This document shows positions 1-11,058 of a stretch of DNA of 64,000 nucleotides, in pieces; positions within the stretch are counted from its first letter, which is position 1, and the number at the start of each line of letters is the position of its first letter. A program made the translations under genes and the position numbers. The notes beneath the pieces were generated by a model. It saw nothing but the letters and a program-made list of their open reading frames with translations, was not told where the DNA came from and did no database searches. Source of the DNA: Candidatus Poribacteria bacterium (lineage in GTDB: Bacteria > Poribacteria > WGA-4E > PCPOR2b); assembly GCA_965218095.1 (NCBI GenBank), contig OZ244587.1:4032001-4096000 (forward strand), read 5' to 3'.

Positions 1-483
1 CGCCGTATTCATATTGGCAAAGTAGACGCCTTTGCGTGCGAGGTCTTTCGACAGCGTAGCGTGGGCAGCGATACCATCTTGCTGAACAATTAGTCCGGAT
101 TCTCCATCCAGCGACTGCAATCGCTCTTTCAGAGAATCGGGCAGGGGAGAGTGTTCAGCCGAATCTGCAGGAGAAAGCGCGATCGGGTGATACTGTTGTA
201 ACTTTAGCGTACGCAGGTCTGTCCGACGCCAGTAGTCCTGCACATGCATATCCGTTGTCCGCTTCCACGTATCCTCGTTGGGCGTTTTGGGGATTGGCAG
301 GCTTTCATAAACGTCATAAGCCGCCAACCGCCTTTCGCGCATCCAGCGCGGCTCATCTTGCGCTTTGGATATGTTCTCTACAAATTCTCGTGAAAAATCC
401 CCCACATAAACTTCATAGGAGGGATTGTAGTTTAATTCTAAACTCAATTCCAATCTCCGTCTCGCAAAACGTAACGAGGACAT
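1..483 (-). CDS. sufD: Fe-S cluster assembly protein SufD, N-terminal part (runs off window start)
   Basis: Hand translation gives GDFSREFVENISKAQDEPRWMRERRLAAYDVYESLPIP...YWRRTDL...KGVYFANMNTA, a SufD/SufB-type N-terminus. It lies directly downstream of sufB. Start could be ATG 483, TTG 453 or GTG 405. Confidence 0.85.
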   Translation of the reverse strand, partial: MSSLRFARRRLELSLELNYNPSYEVYVGDFSREFVENISKAQDEPRWMRERRLAAYDVYESLPIPKTPNEDTWKRTTDMHVQDYWRRTDLRTLKLQQYHPIALSPADSAEHSPLPDSLKERLQSLDGESGLIVQQDGIAAHATLSKDLARKGVYFANMNTA

Positions 484-509
484 CTTCCCTTACGTTTTAC
501 GTTTCACGT

Positions 510-1931
510 TTATCCCACCGAACCTTCCATCTGAAGCTGGATCAACCGGTTCATTTCGACCGCATACTCCATCGGGAGTTCCTTAACAAGCGGTTCAATG
601 AATCCGTTGACGATCATCGTCGAGGCTTCCTCTTCGGACAGCCCACGGCTCATCAGATAGAAAAGTTGTTCCTCGCCAATCTTGCTGACACGCGCTTCGT
701 GACCGACGTTCACATCGTCTGCGTCAATTTGGATAACCGGATAGGTGTCGGACCGTGATTCTTCATCGAGGATTAGGGCGTCACATTCGACGTTGGATTT
801 ACACCCTTTCGCACCGTTGAGCACTTTGAGCTCGCCACGGTAGCTGGAACGTCCTCCGTCCTTGCTAATCGACTTGGAGGTAATACGCGAACTGGTGTTC
901 GGCGCACAGTGAATAACCTTGCCGCCGGCGTCCTGATGCTGCCCCTTGGTTGCGAAAGCGATTGAGAGGATTTCTCCGTGGGCACCCGGCTCCATCATAT
1001 AAATGCTTGGGTACTTCATCGTCAGCTTGGAGCCTAAATTCCCATCAATCCATTCCATGTGGGCGTCTTCGTAAGCTATCGACCGCTTCGTGACGAGGTT
1101 ATATACGTTATTCGCCCAGTTCTGAATCGTGGTGTAGCGCACGCGCGATCCTTTCTTGCAGATAATTTCAACAACGGCGCTGTGCAGTGATTCACTGGAA
1201 AAGGTTGGAGCTGTGCATCCTTCGACGTAATGCACCTCCGCGCCCTCGTCCGCAATAATCAGCGTCCGTTCAAACTGCCCCATGTTTTCGGTGTTGATGC
1301 GGAAGTACGCTTGCAAAGGGTAATCGACCTTGACACCGGGCGGCACGTAGATAAAGCTACCGCCGCTCCATACGGAACTGTTTAGTGCGGCAAGTTTGTT
1401 ATCCGCTGACGGAATCACTGTGCCGAAATACTCCCTGAGCAGATCCGGATATTCGCGAACGGCTGTATCGGTATCGACGAAGATGACGCCAATCTTCTCC
1501 AGCTCTTCTTCGATATTATGATAGACAACCTCCGAATCGTATTGGGCACCAACGCCGGCGAGGAATTTTCGTTCCGCTTCCGGGATGCCGAGCCTATCAA
1601 AGGTATTTTTGATGTCGTCGGGGACATCATCCCAGCTCCGCTCGACCCGGTCAGAGGCTTTGACATAGTAGTAGATGTCATCGTAGTCGAGTCCAGAGAG
1701 GTCGCCGCCCCATTTCAGATCCGGCTTCTGCTTGAAGATTTCATAAGCCTTCAGCCGGTATTGGCGCATCCAATCGGGTTCGCCTTTGACATCGCACATC
1801 TGATTGATGACCCCAGTATCCAAGCCCTTTCGCGATTTGAAAACGGGTTTAATATCATCGTGAAATCCGTATTTGTATTCGCTGCTTACGCCGATGTCTG
1901 CCATCTCACTCGGCTTTTGTTGTTCTGCCAT
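510..1931 (-). CDS. sufB: Fe-S cluster assembly protein SufB
   Basis: 473 aa with [47 protein letters not shown] and C-terminal MEGSVG. Confidence 0.97.
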   Translation of the reverse strand: MAEQQKPSEMADIGVSSEYKYGFHDDIKPVFKSRKGLDTGVINQMCDVKGEPDWMRQYRLKAYEIFKQKPDLKWGGDLSGLDYDDIYYYVKASDRVERSWDDVPDDIKNTFDRLGIPEAERKFLAGVGAQYDSEVVYHNIEEELEKIGVIFVDTDTAVREYPDLLREYFGTVIPSADNKLAALNSSVWSGGSFIYVPPGVKVDYPLQAYFRINTENMGQFERTLIIADEGAEVHYVEGCTAPTFSSESLHSAVVEIICKKGSRVRYTTIQNWANNVYNLVTKRSIAYEDAHMEWIDGNLGSKLTMKYPSIYMMEPGAHGEILSIAFATKGQHQDAGGKVIHCAPNTSSRITSKSISKDGGRSSYRGELKVLNGAKGCKSNVECDALILDEESRSDTYPVIQIDADDVNVGHEARVSKIGEEQLFYLMSRGLSEEEASTMIVNGFIEPLVKELPMEYAVEMNRLIQLQMEGSVG

Positions 1932-1973
1932 TTTCTGTATTTCCTTTCCATTTTCGGTGAATCTGTTCTGTTT

Positions 1974-2804
1974 TTACGCTCTTAAAGAGGGCAATGTCTC
2001 TTCAGCCTCAGTTTCAACAACAGTCTCCGTGAGACCGTGTGCCTCACGAATTGGATCGTACCCTTTCTCCTCCAGCAGCTCAGCGAGCTCCCACCCTCCG
2101 GATTCGACCACCTTTCCGTCAAGCAGAATGTGTATGAACTGTGGACGGATGTAGTTGAGCAGACGTGGATAATGGGTGATAATGAGCACACCGAGGCTTG
2201 GACCAATCAACTGATTGACGCTTTCCCCAACGATACGCACCGCGTCAATATCCAACCCCGAATCGGTTTCGTCAAGGATGGCAATTTTGGGTTCAAGCAT
2301 CGCTAGCTGTAAGACTTCGGCTCTTTTCTTCTCACCCCCGGAGAATCCGTCGTTGAGGTAGCGCCGTCCAAACGATTCATCAACGCCCAGCTGTTTCATT
2401 TTTGCCCGTAACTCTCGCCGGAACTCTCGCATTGGGATGAGTTCGCTTGTTTCTGACCCGTTTGAATTTTCAGAACGCACGGCACTCACGGCCATGCGGA
2501 GGAAGTTCGCCATGCTGACACCGGGGATTGCCGTTGGATATTGAAACGCAAGGAAAAGCCCTAACTTTGCGCGTTCGTTCGGTTCTAGTTCAAGGATATC
2601 CACCCCGCCTATGGTGACTTCTCCAGAATCAACGGTATAGGACGGATTCCCCATTAGTGTGTTGGCAAGGGTACTTTTGCCGGATCCATTCGGACCCATA
2701 AGGGCGTGGATTTCACCCTGTTTGACACTCAGGTTTAAGCCTTTGATAATAGGCTGATCTTCCACGCTGACATGTAAATCTTTGATGACTAATTCGGTAC
2801 TCAT
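1974..2804 (-). CDS. sufC: Fe-S cluster assembly ATPase SufC
   Basis: Walker A GPNGSGKST, LAFQYP, GFSGGEKKR, LDETDSGLDIDA; upstream of sufB. Confidence 0.97.
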   Translation of the reverse strand: MSTELVIKDLHVSVEDQPIIKGLNLSVKQGEIHALMGPNGSGKSTLANTLMGNPSYTVDSGEVTIGGVDILELEPNERAKLGLFLAFQYPTAIPGVSMANFLRMAVSAVRSENSNGSETSELIPMREFRRELRAKMKQLGVDESFGRRYLNDGFSGGEKKRAEVLQLAMLEPKIAILDETDSGLDIDAVRIVGESVNQLIGPSLGVLIITHYPRLLNYIRPQFIHILLDGKVVESGGWELAELLEEKGYDPIREAHGLTETVVETEAEETLPSLRA

Positions 2805-3185
2805 TAATTCTTGTTCGACTCCTTACTTTATAACCTGCGGTGTTAGTTGATGAGGATATCGTTTCCACCTCTTGGTTCATTTATCAGATTAAGTGTCAAG
2901 AAAAAATGCAAAAAAAATGACGTGTGCTCACGGAGTCAGTGTTCATGCAGGTTTGTGGGAGATTACCGTTGAAGAACGGTAATGCGCCCCAAAGCCAATA
3001 GAGACGCAGGTTTCAGGCTATAGAACTCCCATTTTTTTGTGGATTTTTTCACATTAATGAACCAATCAACTAATGAACCGATTAACAAATTGTTTTCACG
3101 TTTCACTGTCGGTCTTTGACCGGAAAGCGTTTCAACAGTTGTAAACTAGCACTATTGGTTCTATATCATGTAATGCACAACGTCC

Positions 3186-4184
3186 CTAACCGCCAATCAT
3201 AGACATGTTTCGTTTCGGTTTGACAAAGTTTACTGCATTAATTTGATGTCCCGGTTCTTTCTGCTTCACCGCTTCAATAATCAGGTCCCCAATAGTTTCA
3301 TCGGAGGCACCGGCACGCAACGGGGTCAACAGATCGGTTTCTGTAATAGAAAACAGACATGTCCGCAATTGCCCGTCGGCGGTGAGGCGGATCCGATTAC
3401 ACTGTTCACAAAACGGTTCAGTTACGGAAGAGATAAACCCGACATCCCCCTTGCCGTCTGCAAACTGATAAAGCTTTGCCGGGTCGTGTTTCGCATTGCC
3501 ATTCACCTTGACTGGCTCCAGGGGATAGATTCCATTGATTTTATTGATAATCTCCTTGCCCGGAATGAACATATTCCGCCCCCAAATGTCATCTGCATCT
3601 AAAGGCATGAATTCAATAAATCGAAGTTGATAAGAATTTTCACGGGAAAACTTCGCCAGATCAACAATCTCATCATCGGTAAACCCCTTCATTGCCACAG
3701 CATTGACTTTGATTGGATTAAACCCACAACGTTGTGCTTCCTGCAGACCCTCTAACACCTTTGAAAGCACCTTTCGACGTGTCATCTGCTCAAATTTCAC
3801 TTCATTCAGTGTATCAAGGCTGACGTTAATTCGGCGAAGCCCGGCATCGTAGAGGTCTTTCGCTTGCTTGATTAAGCCGATGCCGTTTGTCGTTAAACTG
3901 ATGTCCTTTAACCCCTCAAGACTGCGGAGCCGCCTGATAAGTTCTGGAATGCCGCGACGAATTAACGGTTCACCTCCCGTGAGCCGGATCTTATTGACGC
4001 CGAGATCGACAAAGATGCGGGCGAGGCGAATGATCTCGTCAAAGGTCATGATCTGTTCATCTTCCATGAACTCCATGTCTTCCGGCATGCAGTAGATACA
4101 GCGGAAGTTACACCGGTCTGTCACGGAGATGCGTAAGTTTGTGTGTTCTCTGTTGAAGCTGTCAATCAATCGTATTTTCGCCAT
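3186..4184 (-). CDS. moaA: GTP 3',8-cyclase MoaA (radical SAM)
   Basis: LRISVTDRCNFRCIYCMP, LTGGEP, C-terminal CEQCNRIRLTADG...CLF and MSMIGG. ATG 4184 preferred over TTG 4199. Confidence 0.96.
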   Translation of the reverse strand: MAKIRLIDSFNREHTNLRISVTDRCNFRCIYCMPEDMEFMEDEQIMTFDEIIRLARIFVDLGVNKIRLTGGEPLIRRGIPELIRRLRSLEGLKDISLTTNGIGLIKQAKDLYDAGLRRINVSLDTLNEVKFEQMTRRKVLSKVLEGLQEAQRCGFNPIKVNAVAMKGFTDDEIVDLAKFSRENSYQLRFIEFMPLDADDIWGRNMFIPGKEIINKINGIYPLEPVKVNGNAKHDPAKLYQFADGKGDVGFISSVTEPFCEQCNRIRLTADGQLRTCLFSITETDLLTPLRAGASDETIGDLIIEAVKQKEPGHQINAVNFVKPKRNMSMIGG

Positions 4185-4374
4185 TTTTCGTCGTAGCAAC
4201 CCAATAATTCTCTTGGAAAATCAGGGGATAGAACACCATCAACCTGGGTTAAATTCCTTTCCGGGCAGCGTTTTATGATAACATAAGCGGATGAGTTTTG
4301 CAAATTTTTTTATAAGTTTTTTATGTAAAATACCATAAAAAAGGCATTAGGGCTTCGGGGTAGCGAACACCTAA

Positions 4375-4512
4375 CACCTACGGAGAATGCCATATCGAAG
4401 ACGCAACTCTCCACTGCGAATCGATCCGGATTTGGGTCTGAATCCACTCATTCCCGTAGCAGCCGACATGATCGACGCGCCAACTATCCGCCATAATAAC
4501 GATAACGTTCAT
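4375..4512 (-). pseudogene. Sulfatase N-terminal remnant
   Basis: MNVIVIMADSWRVDHVGCYGNEWIQT, then after a 1-nt frameshift NPDRFAVESCVFDMAFS. This is a typical sulfatase start; the rest is missing. Confidence 0.7.
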
Positions 4513-4550
4513 GATTTTCCTTCATTTCTTCTGACTTTTTTCGCTTCACA

Positions 4551-5480
4551 TCACCGAAGGAACCAGTCGATTGTTTGTCGCAAACCGGTTTTGAGATCCA
4601 CTTGCGGTTGGTAACCTAGCAAACGCTGTGCCTTGCGAATATCAGCGCGGGAATGTCGAACATCACCAGGGCGCGGCGATGTATAGACAGGTTTGGCATC
4701 GACCTCCATCAACTCTCCGATAAGGGATGCTAGCTGATTGATTGATGTCTGCCCACCACAACCGATGTTAAAGACTTCTCCTGCAACCCCTTCCGTATGA
4801 CAGGCAAGGAGGTTTGCATGAACAGCGTTCGCAATGTACGTAAAATCTCGCGATTGTTCACCGTCTCCCTCGATCGCTGGGGAGGCACCACGCAGGTAAG
4901 CATAAATAAACTTGGGGATGACCGCGGAATACTGAGAGGTCAGATCTTGGCGCGGCCCAAAGACGTTGAAATATCGCAGCGAAACTGTTTCTAAATCGTA
5001 AATCTGCGTAAAAACACGACAGTAGCATTCGCCCACATATTTGGTAATGGCATAAGGAGAGGCGGGTTGTGGGGGGAGCTCTTCAGATTTGGGAAGTGTC
5101 GGTATATTGCCATAAGCCGATGAAGAACCTGCATAAACAACACGCTTCACCTCCGCATCTCTCGCGGCAACAAGAACGTTCAAAGTGCCGTTGATATTTA
5201 CGGTATTACTCAGAATTGGATCCGCAACGGATCTGGCGACTGAAGGCCGGGCGCCTTGATGGAAGACATAATCGACCCCTGCAACCGCTTGACGTACAGC
5301 CTCGAGCTCTTGCAGGTCTCCACGCATAAACTCGACCCAATCTTTGATGTGCGCGATGTTCTCAGCTTTACCCGTTGAGCAGTTATCGAACACACGTACC
5401 CGCTCACCTTTTTTTACAAGGGCTTCAACGAGGTGGCATCCGATGAACCCAAAGCCGCCTGTAACCAAATAATGTGCCAT
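4551..5480 (-). CDS. NAD-dependent epimerase/dehydratase (UDP-GlcNAc/Glc 4-epimerase-like extended SDR)
   Basis: YLVTGGFGFIG, SSSAYG, YAITK, LRYFNVFGPRQD, SRDFTY. ATG 5480 has an AGGAG RBS. Confidence 0.9.
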   Translation of the reverse strand: MAHYLVTGGFGFIGCHLVEALVKKGERVRVFDNCSTGKAENIAHIKDWVEFMRGDLQELEAVRQAVAGVDYVFHQGARPSVARSVADPILSNTVNINGTLNVLVAARDAEVKRVVYAGSSSAYGNIPTLPKSEELPPQPASPYAITKYVGECYCRVFTQIYDLETVSLRYFNVFGPRQDLTSQYSAVIPKFIYAYLRGASPAIEGDGEQSRDFTYIANAVHANLLACHTEGVAGEVFNIGCGGQTSINQLASLIGELMEVDAKPVYTSPRPGDVRHSRADIRKAQRLLGYQPQVDLKTGLRQTIDWFLR

Positions 5481-5545
5481 TAAAAAAATTCTCCTATAAA
5501 ATCGTGGATATATTCTTCGTAGCTTCTGAGTGAAAATGCAGCTTT

Positions 5546-5830
5546 CTAGCACACACAAGGCGTAGATCGGCACTTGGGACAGCCATTTGCATAGATTTGC
5601 GCGGCGTCAGCAAGGTCAATGCCAAGCAAACTCGTAAGTGTCGATAACCATGCCAACACATCAGCAAACTCAGCGCGGAGCCGCTCCACATCTCTTGGCT
5701 CACGTCGAATCTCTTTAGCCAGTTCGCCGACCTCCTCGACAAACCAAACAAATGTGCGATCCACGCCCCGTTTGGCGTCTCGATCAAAGTAGATTTGTTC
5801 AATCAGATTTTGGAATTCTTGAATGGTCAT
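5546..5830 (-). CDS. MazG-like nucleotide pyrophosphohydrolase
   Basis: EEVGELAKE...EFADVLAW motif and C-terminal CPKCxxxPCxC. Confidence 0.85.
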   Translation of the reverse strand: MTIQEFQNLIEQIYFDRDAKRGVDRTFVWFVEEVGELAKEIRREPRDVERLRAEFADVLAWLSTLTSLLGIDLADAAQIYANGCPKCRSTPCVC

Positions 5831-5865
5831 CAATTTTGTCGTCTTGACCTGATGTACACCCGCTG

Positions 5866-6255
5866 TTACACTTCAACGTCGTAATTCAACTCGATTTCGT
5901 CCCCTGGGGCACCTCGGAAGCCCCAGTTATGCTTGGGCGTCTCAGTGATTGTAATTTCAAGGTCTTGTAGTGAGATATTGAGTTCTTGATGAACTCTTTC
6001 AAAAAGCAGGCAAATCAGGTGTTTCTTCGCCTTTACGGACCGGCCTTCAAACATGCTGATCTCGATAATTGTATACTTCGTCGTTAGCTCGTGGGGATAA
6101 TAAAAATCAGAGGAGTCTAAGGGAAAGAAGCGGTGTGCTCTTTTGTCTTTCGGAAAGTGCAAGGCGTCGACTGCGCACGAATGAATCACATTGGAGAGTT
6201 TCGCTTTGGTAAGGTCAAGACTTTCCCTTAATCCGTAGATTTTAATCTGCGCCAT
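5866..6255 (-). CDS. Tautomerase family protein (YrdN-like)
   Basis: 129 aa, MAQIKIYG...EGRS..AKK...NWGFRG pattern. Confidence 0.8.
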   Translation of the reverse strand: MAQIKIYGLRESLDLTKAKLSNVIHSCAVDALHFPKDKRAHRFFPLDSSDFYYPHELTTKYTIIEISMFEGRSVKAKKHLICLLFERVHQELNISLQDLEITITETPKHNWGFRGAPGDEIELNYDVEV

Positions 6256-6288
6256 TGTATTTCCTCTTGGTTATTCGCCTGATAAGAT

Positions 6289-7146
6289 TTAGGCCGTCAG
6301 AATCTCCACGCCGGTCTCCGTCACACGCACCGTATGTTCCCATTGCGCCGACAGCGAACCATCAACCGTGACCACCGTCCAGCCATCTAACAGCGTCTCG
6401 CACTCATAGTGGCCGGCATTAATCATCGGCTCAATCGTAAACACCATGTTCGATGCTAACCGAGCGCCGCTATTTCTGCGACCATAATGGGGAACCTGGG
6501 GGGGCTCCCAAAATTGCAAACCGGTGCCATGCCCGCACAATTGACGCACGACGGAATATCCGTGACTTTCGGCATGCCACTGGATTGCGTAGCCGATGTC
6601 TCCAATGGTGTTGAAAGGTTTCGCTTCCTCAATGCCAAGATAGAGGCATTCTTTCGTCACCTCAATCAACTTCAAGGCTTCTTTCGACGCCTCGCCGATT
6701 ACAAACATGCGACTTGTATCTCCAAAATACCCATCCAGAATCGGGGTGACATCGACATTGATGATATCTCCGTCCTTCAAGACCGTATCATCAGGAATGC
6801 CGTGACAGATCACATTATTAATCGAAGTACAGCAACTTTTGTGAAACCCCTTTACATCCAGCGTTGCGGGATATGCGCCGTGCTGGATGGTGTATTCGTA
6901 GACCCACCGGTCAATATCAATGGCCGTGACACCGGCCTCGATTCGCTCGGCTACCATATCCAAAGTTTGTCGCGCTAGCTGACTGCTTCTGCGAATGCCT
7001 TCGATTTGTCCCTCTGTTTTGATAATTATCCCCGAAGGCATGCGCGGTTGAGGCGTCCTTGATTTTTTGTCCTGCTTGAGATGGCAATTTTTATATTTTT
7101 TCCCGCTTCCACACCAACAGGGGGCATGTCGCGATAGTTTTCTCAT
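6289..7146 (-). CDS. map: Methionine aminopeptidase type I with N-terminal SEC-C Zn motif
   Basis: CWCGSGKKYKNCH, CHGIPD, DVT...GDTSR, GHG, FTIEPMIN, SAQWEHT. Confidence 0.95.
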   Translation of the reverse strand: MRKLSRHAPCWCGSGKKYKNCHLKQDKKSRTPQPRMPSGIIIKTEGQIEGIRRSSQLARQTLDMVAERIEAGVTAIDIDRWVYEYTIQHGAYPATLDVKGFHKSCCTSINNVICHGIPDDTVLKDGDIINVDVTPILDGYFGDTSRMFVIGEASKEALKLIEVTKECLYLGIEEAKPFNTIGDIGYAIQWHAESHGYSVVRQLCGHGTGLQFWEPPQVPHYGRRNSGARLASNMVFTIEPMINAGHYECETLLDGWTVVTVDGSLSAQWEHTVRVTETGVEILTA

Positions 7147-7322
7147 CGTTTTACCGCCTTGTTAACACCACCTGAATTTGCGAGTCAATCAAGCTGCCTT
7201 TTCGCCGGTGATTTTTAGCAGACAGAATTGAGTCGGTATCGAAATCGCCTTTTCTCCAGCACAACGCAACTCAGCGTTTATTCGGCGCAATCCTGCTTGG
7301 TAATCTGCATCAGAGATGGTAA

Positions 7323-7679
7323 TTAGCTGTGAGCATGTATCCCTTGTGTGCCGAGGACGACATTACCGCCGCGGCCATTGGGGAGGAACAGACGCTGAAA
7401 TCCAGCTTTGGCGATTAATCTCACGATGTTTTTATAATCATTAAGGTGTAGATGTGATTGGGAGCGCTCACAGTGCCGGGGAGATCCAGATGATGATCGG
7501 AGGCACCAAGCCACAGTGCTGGCAGCAGATAGATCTGGCCGCTGAGTTGTTGTTCGACCCCTTGTGCGACTGCCGTCACAAGATAGGTGTCCGTCAGCAG
7601 TGGGGAGTGATGCCCATGTTGTTCCATCGATCCAAGCGGAAGGACGACAACTTTGTTTTTATCTGCTTCCTGAATATCA
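7323..7679 (-). pseudogene. Creatininase family amidohydrolase, frameshifted and truncated
   Basis: LPLGSMEQHGHH..LLTD and GASDHH..PGT in one frame; KNIVRLIAKAGFQRLFLPNGRGGN (canonical NGHGGN) in another; early stop. Confidence 0.8.
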
Positions 7680-7912
7680 CTAAGTTTGGACAATCTTACC
7701 CTCACCAAAATCAGTAATAGCAAGAGTTGTGGATTTTAATCAGAGTTCATAAAATCTCTCGACTCACACAAAATTCTCCCCAATTGTCGGAGGAATGCAG
7801 GGGTCTGATTTTGGGGATTTGTCTGACCAATCTGTTACCATCGATACCGCAGATGGCTCCAAGCAAAGTCTCTTCTCACTTTAGACACTTTAGTACACTG
7901 TCCAAACTTTAG
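7680..7912. mobile_element. Putative MITE of about 233 bp
   Basis: Inverted ends CTAAGTTTGGACA (7680-7692) and TGTCCAAACTTTAG (7899-7912). The right end recurs exactly at 37499-37512. Confidence 0.45.
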
Positions 7913-7991
7913 GAATATCAACCCAGCAGTTGTTTCCATATTGCATGTGAATTTGTTCTCCTGAATGATCGTGTGATTTTTTTGAAAAATA

Positions 7992-9215
7992 CTAAACGGA
8001 TAAACAATCCAAGGCATCTGCCAGACATTGTATCCCCGCGTTGATTGTTTGGAGGCTAACCGCGTATGCAAACCGCAAGTGATCGGAGCACTGAAACTTG
8101 CTCCCCGGCGCCGTTACGACATTTGCATCCCTGAGCAGGTAGTGTGCGAGATCTTCGTCTGTGTTGAGCGCCCGCTCCTCCGGTGTTCGGCGACCAAGAT
8201 AGGCGTGCATATCCGGGAAAAAGTAAAACGCGCCAGATGGAGACTCCCAAACCGCATCCTTCACCAACTCGCCAAAGCGTCTCAGTAACACATCCCGCCG
8301 GACGCAAAGTTCATCACGAATCTCGTGTCGCAAACGCAGATCTGTATCCTTCCGTAAAAAGTGTGCATATCCTTTCTGCGTCGGCAAGTTGACGCACGAG
8401 GAGGCATTTCCTTCAACATTTGCTATCGTTTGCATCACCGCCTCCGGTCCCGCGATAAACCCTAAGCGGAGTCCTGTCCCTGAAACCTCTTTGGACATAC
8501 CACCAACAAGGAGGGCTTGATCGGGAAGGCTTGATGCAATACCTACGTGTTCAACCCCATCATAGACTATAGTACGGTAGACCTCATCAGATAAGACGCA
8601 GATCTGTTCATGCCGGCGGATGATACTTGCCAATTCCTCTAATAGCGCAGGTGGATAGACGGTCCCTGTCGGATTATTGGGGGAATTCAGTACAATCAAC
8701 GCAATAGTATCGCCCTGGTTCAGGAGATCTGCCAGTTGATTTGGATCAGGGAGGAAACATGTATCGGTCTGCAGAACAATCGGTGGTTTTCCCGTCAGCA
8801 GGATGGGAAGATTTTCATAAGATTCGTAGATTGGGGCAAACGTGACAAGCCGATTCCGCCGAGAGCCTGGATTCAGCATCGCCACGCAGGCTTTGAAGAC
8901 GGCATCTTTGGGGCCGGGACAAACGACAATCTGGGATGGGGAATAGTTCAACCCGAAAAGATGAAAATCTGCGTGAATGGCTTCCAGCAACTCCGGGTCG
9001 CCGGCTGTGGGGGAGTAGTGCGTGGCATCATTCATTACGGCTTCGGCAATCGCGGTTTTCAGAAGGTAGGGCACCGGAATCTCCGGGTTCATTTCACCGA
9101 TGCCGAAATCGTAGATCTGTTTCCCTTCCTGTCTTGATTTTTCTGCAATTGACTTGATTTCCAGTGTCGGTGATGGCTTTACCTGTTGCGCCCAGGTCGA
9201 GAGAGTTAGGCCCAT
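7992..9215 (-). CDS. PLP-dependent aminotransferase class I/II (aspartate aminotransferase-like)
   Basis: KPSPTLEI, LNSPNNPTG, SDEVY, GMSK...GLRLG, GAFYFF, LRFAYA. Likely start MGLTLS at 9215. Confidence 0.88.
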   Translation of the reverse strand: MGLTLSTWAQQVKPSPTLEIKSIAEKSRQEGKQIYDFGIGEMNPEIPVPYLLKTAIAEAVMNDATHYSPTAGDPELLEAIHADFHLFGLNYSPSQIVVCPGPKDAVFKACVAMLNPGSRRNRLVTFAPIYESYENLPILLTGKPPIVLQTDTCFLPDPNQLADLLNQGDTIALIVLNSPNNPTGTVYPPALLEELASIIRRHEQICVLSDEVYRTIVYDGVEHVGIASSLPDQALLVGGMSKEVSGTGLRLGFIAGPEAVMQTIANVEGNASSCVNLPTQKGYAHFLRKDTDLRLRHEIRDELCVRRDVLLRRFGELVKDAVWESPSGAFYFFPDMHAYLGRRTPEERALNTDEDLAHYLLRDANVVTAPGSKFQCSDHLRFAYAVSLQTINAGIQCLADALDCLSV

Positions 9216-9711
9216 TTTGTAAAAAATCCTGCTGGTTAGGTGATACCAATTCTTGATCAATCCGCTACTAAAACCTTGCGAAGGTTTCAAATCTTCGCAA
9301 GATTCTACACCTTCGGTCAAGCAAAATAATAGCATGAACTGAACAACGGCGTCAATCCCAAATTTACCGGTATAGAAATTTGCAATTCCCGATCTTCGAT
9401 CGGGGTGCACGATGTTCTAAGCACCAAAGGTGCAACAACACCGGGACAAGCAAATGGACTAGGGGAAGAATGAAATGATGTCAAATTGATGATGAGACAG
9501 GAAAATTGGTCGTCACTTACCCTGTGTAAATCATAAAAAAAAAGAAACAGATCAGCAACATGCACGTAATATTTTTAGACTATACTTTCACATCTGAGGT
9601 TCGCCCATTTTCAGTGGGAAAAATGACAATTGTTAGACTTGGTACGCAAAACGTAATATGAAACGTCTGCGAGAAAGTCACGATAAAATTTGGATTCAGG
9701 AGTTAGTAAAA

Positions 9712-11058
9712 ATGAAATCATTCAGAAACAGAAGCACAGGAAAACAGAGATTGCCCGCAAATTGGGGCAAACATGTTGCGAATACATGGATGCTCCTTCT
9801 GCCAATACTCATCATCGCCTGTGGCAGCTCGCTTGGGAAGATCCAAATGGAAAATGTTGATGCCGTTATCACAAAATCTGAAACTATCATTGAACAGGCG
9901 CGCCTTGGCAACGCTCAAGCCCTTGTCCCGCAAACGTTGCAGGGGGCAGAAAGCGCTCTTGAAAGTGCAAAGGAGGCAGTGAAAACGAAGGACGAAATGG
10001 AGGCGATCCGTCTGGCTTATGATGCACTGACTCAGGCACGAATTGCGGAGCAAGAGGCGATGTACAAATCGCAAGAGGAAGGGCTGAATGCCATCATTCA
10101 ACGAAAGAAAGCGGAAATCTCTGGGCTTCAAGCAAACCTGAGAACAGTGGATGCAGAACTCGGAAAGACTCGAACTGAGATGCAGCAACTGGATATGCAG
10201 AAGAGTCAGTTGCAAGCCGAGATGGATGGGAAAATTCGGGAAGTTGAACATGAGCACCAGAAGGCATTACACGATTATAGTACAACGAAAACCGAACTTG
10301 AACAACTTCAGTCAAAGTTGGATACCACCAAAACACAACTCCTCCAGGCGCAAAATAAGGCCGAGGCGCACGAGCGTCAGATTTACCAATTGCGTCGTGA
10401 GCTTGCGCTTGCGCAATCGATGGTAAAAGAGGCTCGGAAAGAAGCGGAGGAAGCGCAGACGAAGGCAACTGCGCAGGCACAGAGCTACTCAAAGCAGATT
10501 GAACAACTGGACCAATCCAACGTGCTTAAACGAAGGAAAGATATGCTGGCTCGGAAAAGACGGGAAGCACAGGCTTATGTCCAGCGTCAGAAGGCACGAG
10601 AACCTGCTCGAACCGGAAGCACCTCACTAACCGACGAACAGATTGCAAAGGGCAAAGCGGTAATCAACGATTGGGCGCTCGCATGGGCGGCAAGAGATAT
10701 AAACCAACATTTGAGTGAGTATACCCAGGATGCAACCGTAGAGCAGATTGTTATTCGCTCAAGTAGCGAGGAGTGCACCTATCTGAACCGCATACAGCTA
10801 ATTGATGCCCTCAAAAGGATGGTAGATGCACAGTGGAAAGAAACAGATTCCGAGTTTAATGCCGATCGGGAGAGTGTTATTGGCACATATCGGTTCAATC
10901 GTCTTTCACAAGATGCGACGGGTGGAGAGCTCCCTGTCTTGTACGATGTATGGACACGGGAAGTCTGGGTCGGTCAAGTTGGCAATCAGTGGAAGATCCT
11001 TCGTGAAGTCTGGCGCATCTACGAAGATGTTCCCAAGTATGCAACTATTTTCAACTAG
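9712..11058 (+). CDS. Putative lipoprotein: DUF4398-like helices, long coiled coil, C-terminal NTF2-like domain
   Basis: AGGAG RBS; hydrophobic stretch with LIIAC; heptad-rich middle; C-terminal WALAWAARD...Y...WKILREVW. Confidence 0.6.
   Translation: MKSFRNRSTGKQRLPANWGKHVANTWMLLLPILIIACGSSLGKIQMENVDAVITKSETIIEQARLGNAQALVPQTLQGAESALESAKEAVKTKDEMEAIRLAYDALTQARIAEQEAMYKSQEEGLNAIIQRKKAEISGLQANLRTVDAELGKTRTEMQQLDMQKSQLQAEMDGKIREVEHEHQKALHDYSTTKTELEQLQSKLDTTKTQLLQAQNKAEAHERQIYQLRRELALAQSMVKEARKEAEEAQTKATAQAQSYSKQIEQLDQSNVLKRRKDMLARKRREAQAYVQRQKAREPARTGSTSLTDEQIAKGKAVINDWALAWAARDINQHLSEYTQDATVEQIVIRSSSEECTYLNRIQLIDALKRMVDAQWKETDSEFNADRESVIGTYRFNRLSQDATGGELPVLYDVWTREVWVGQVGNQWKILREVWRIYEDVPKYATIFN

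Noticed and set aside
6289-7146. SEC-C/Map fusion as a novelty
   Set aside because: Known architecture.
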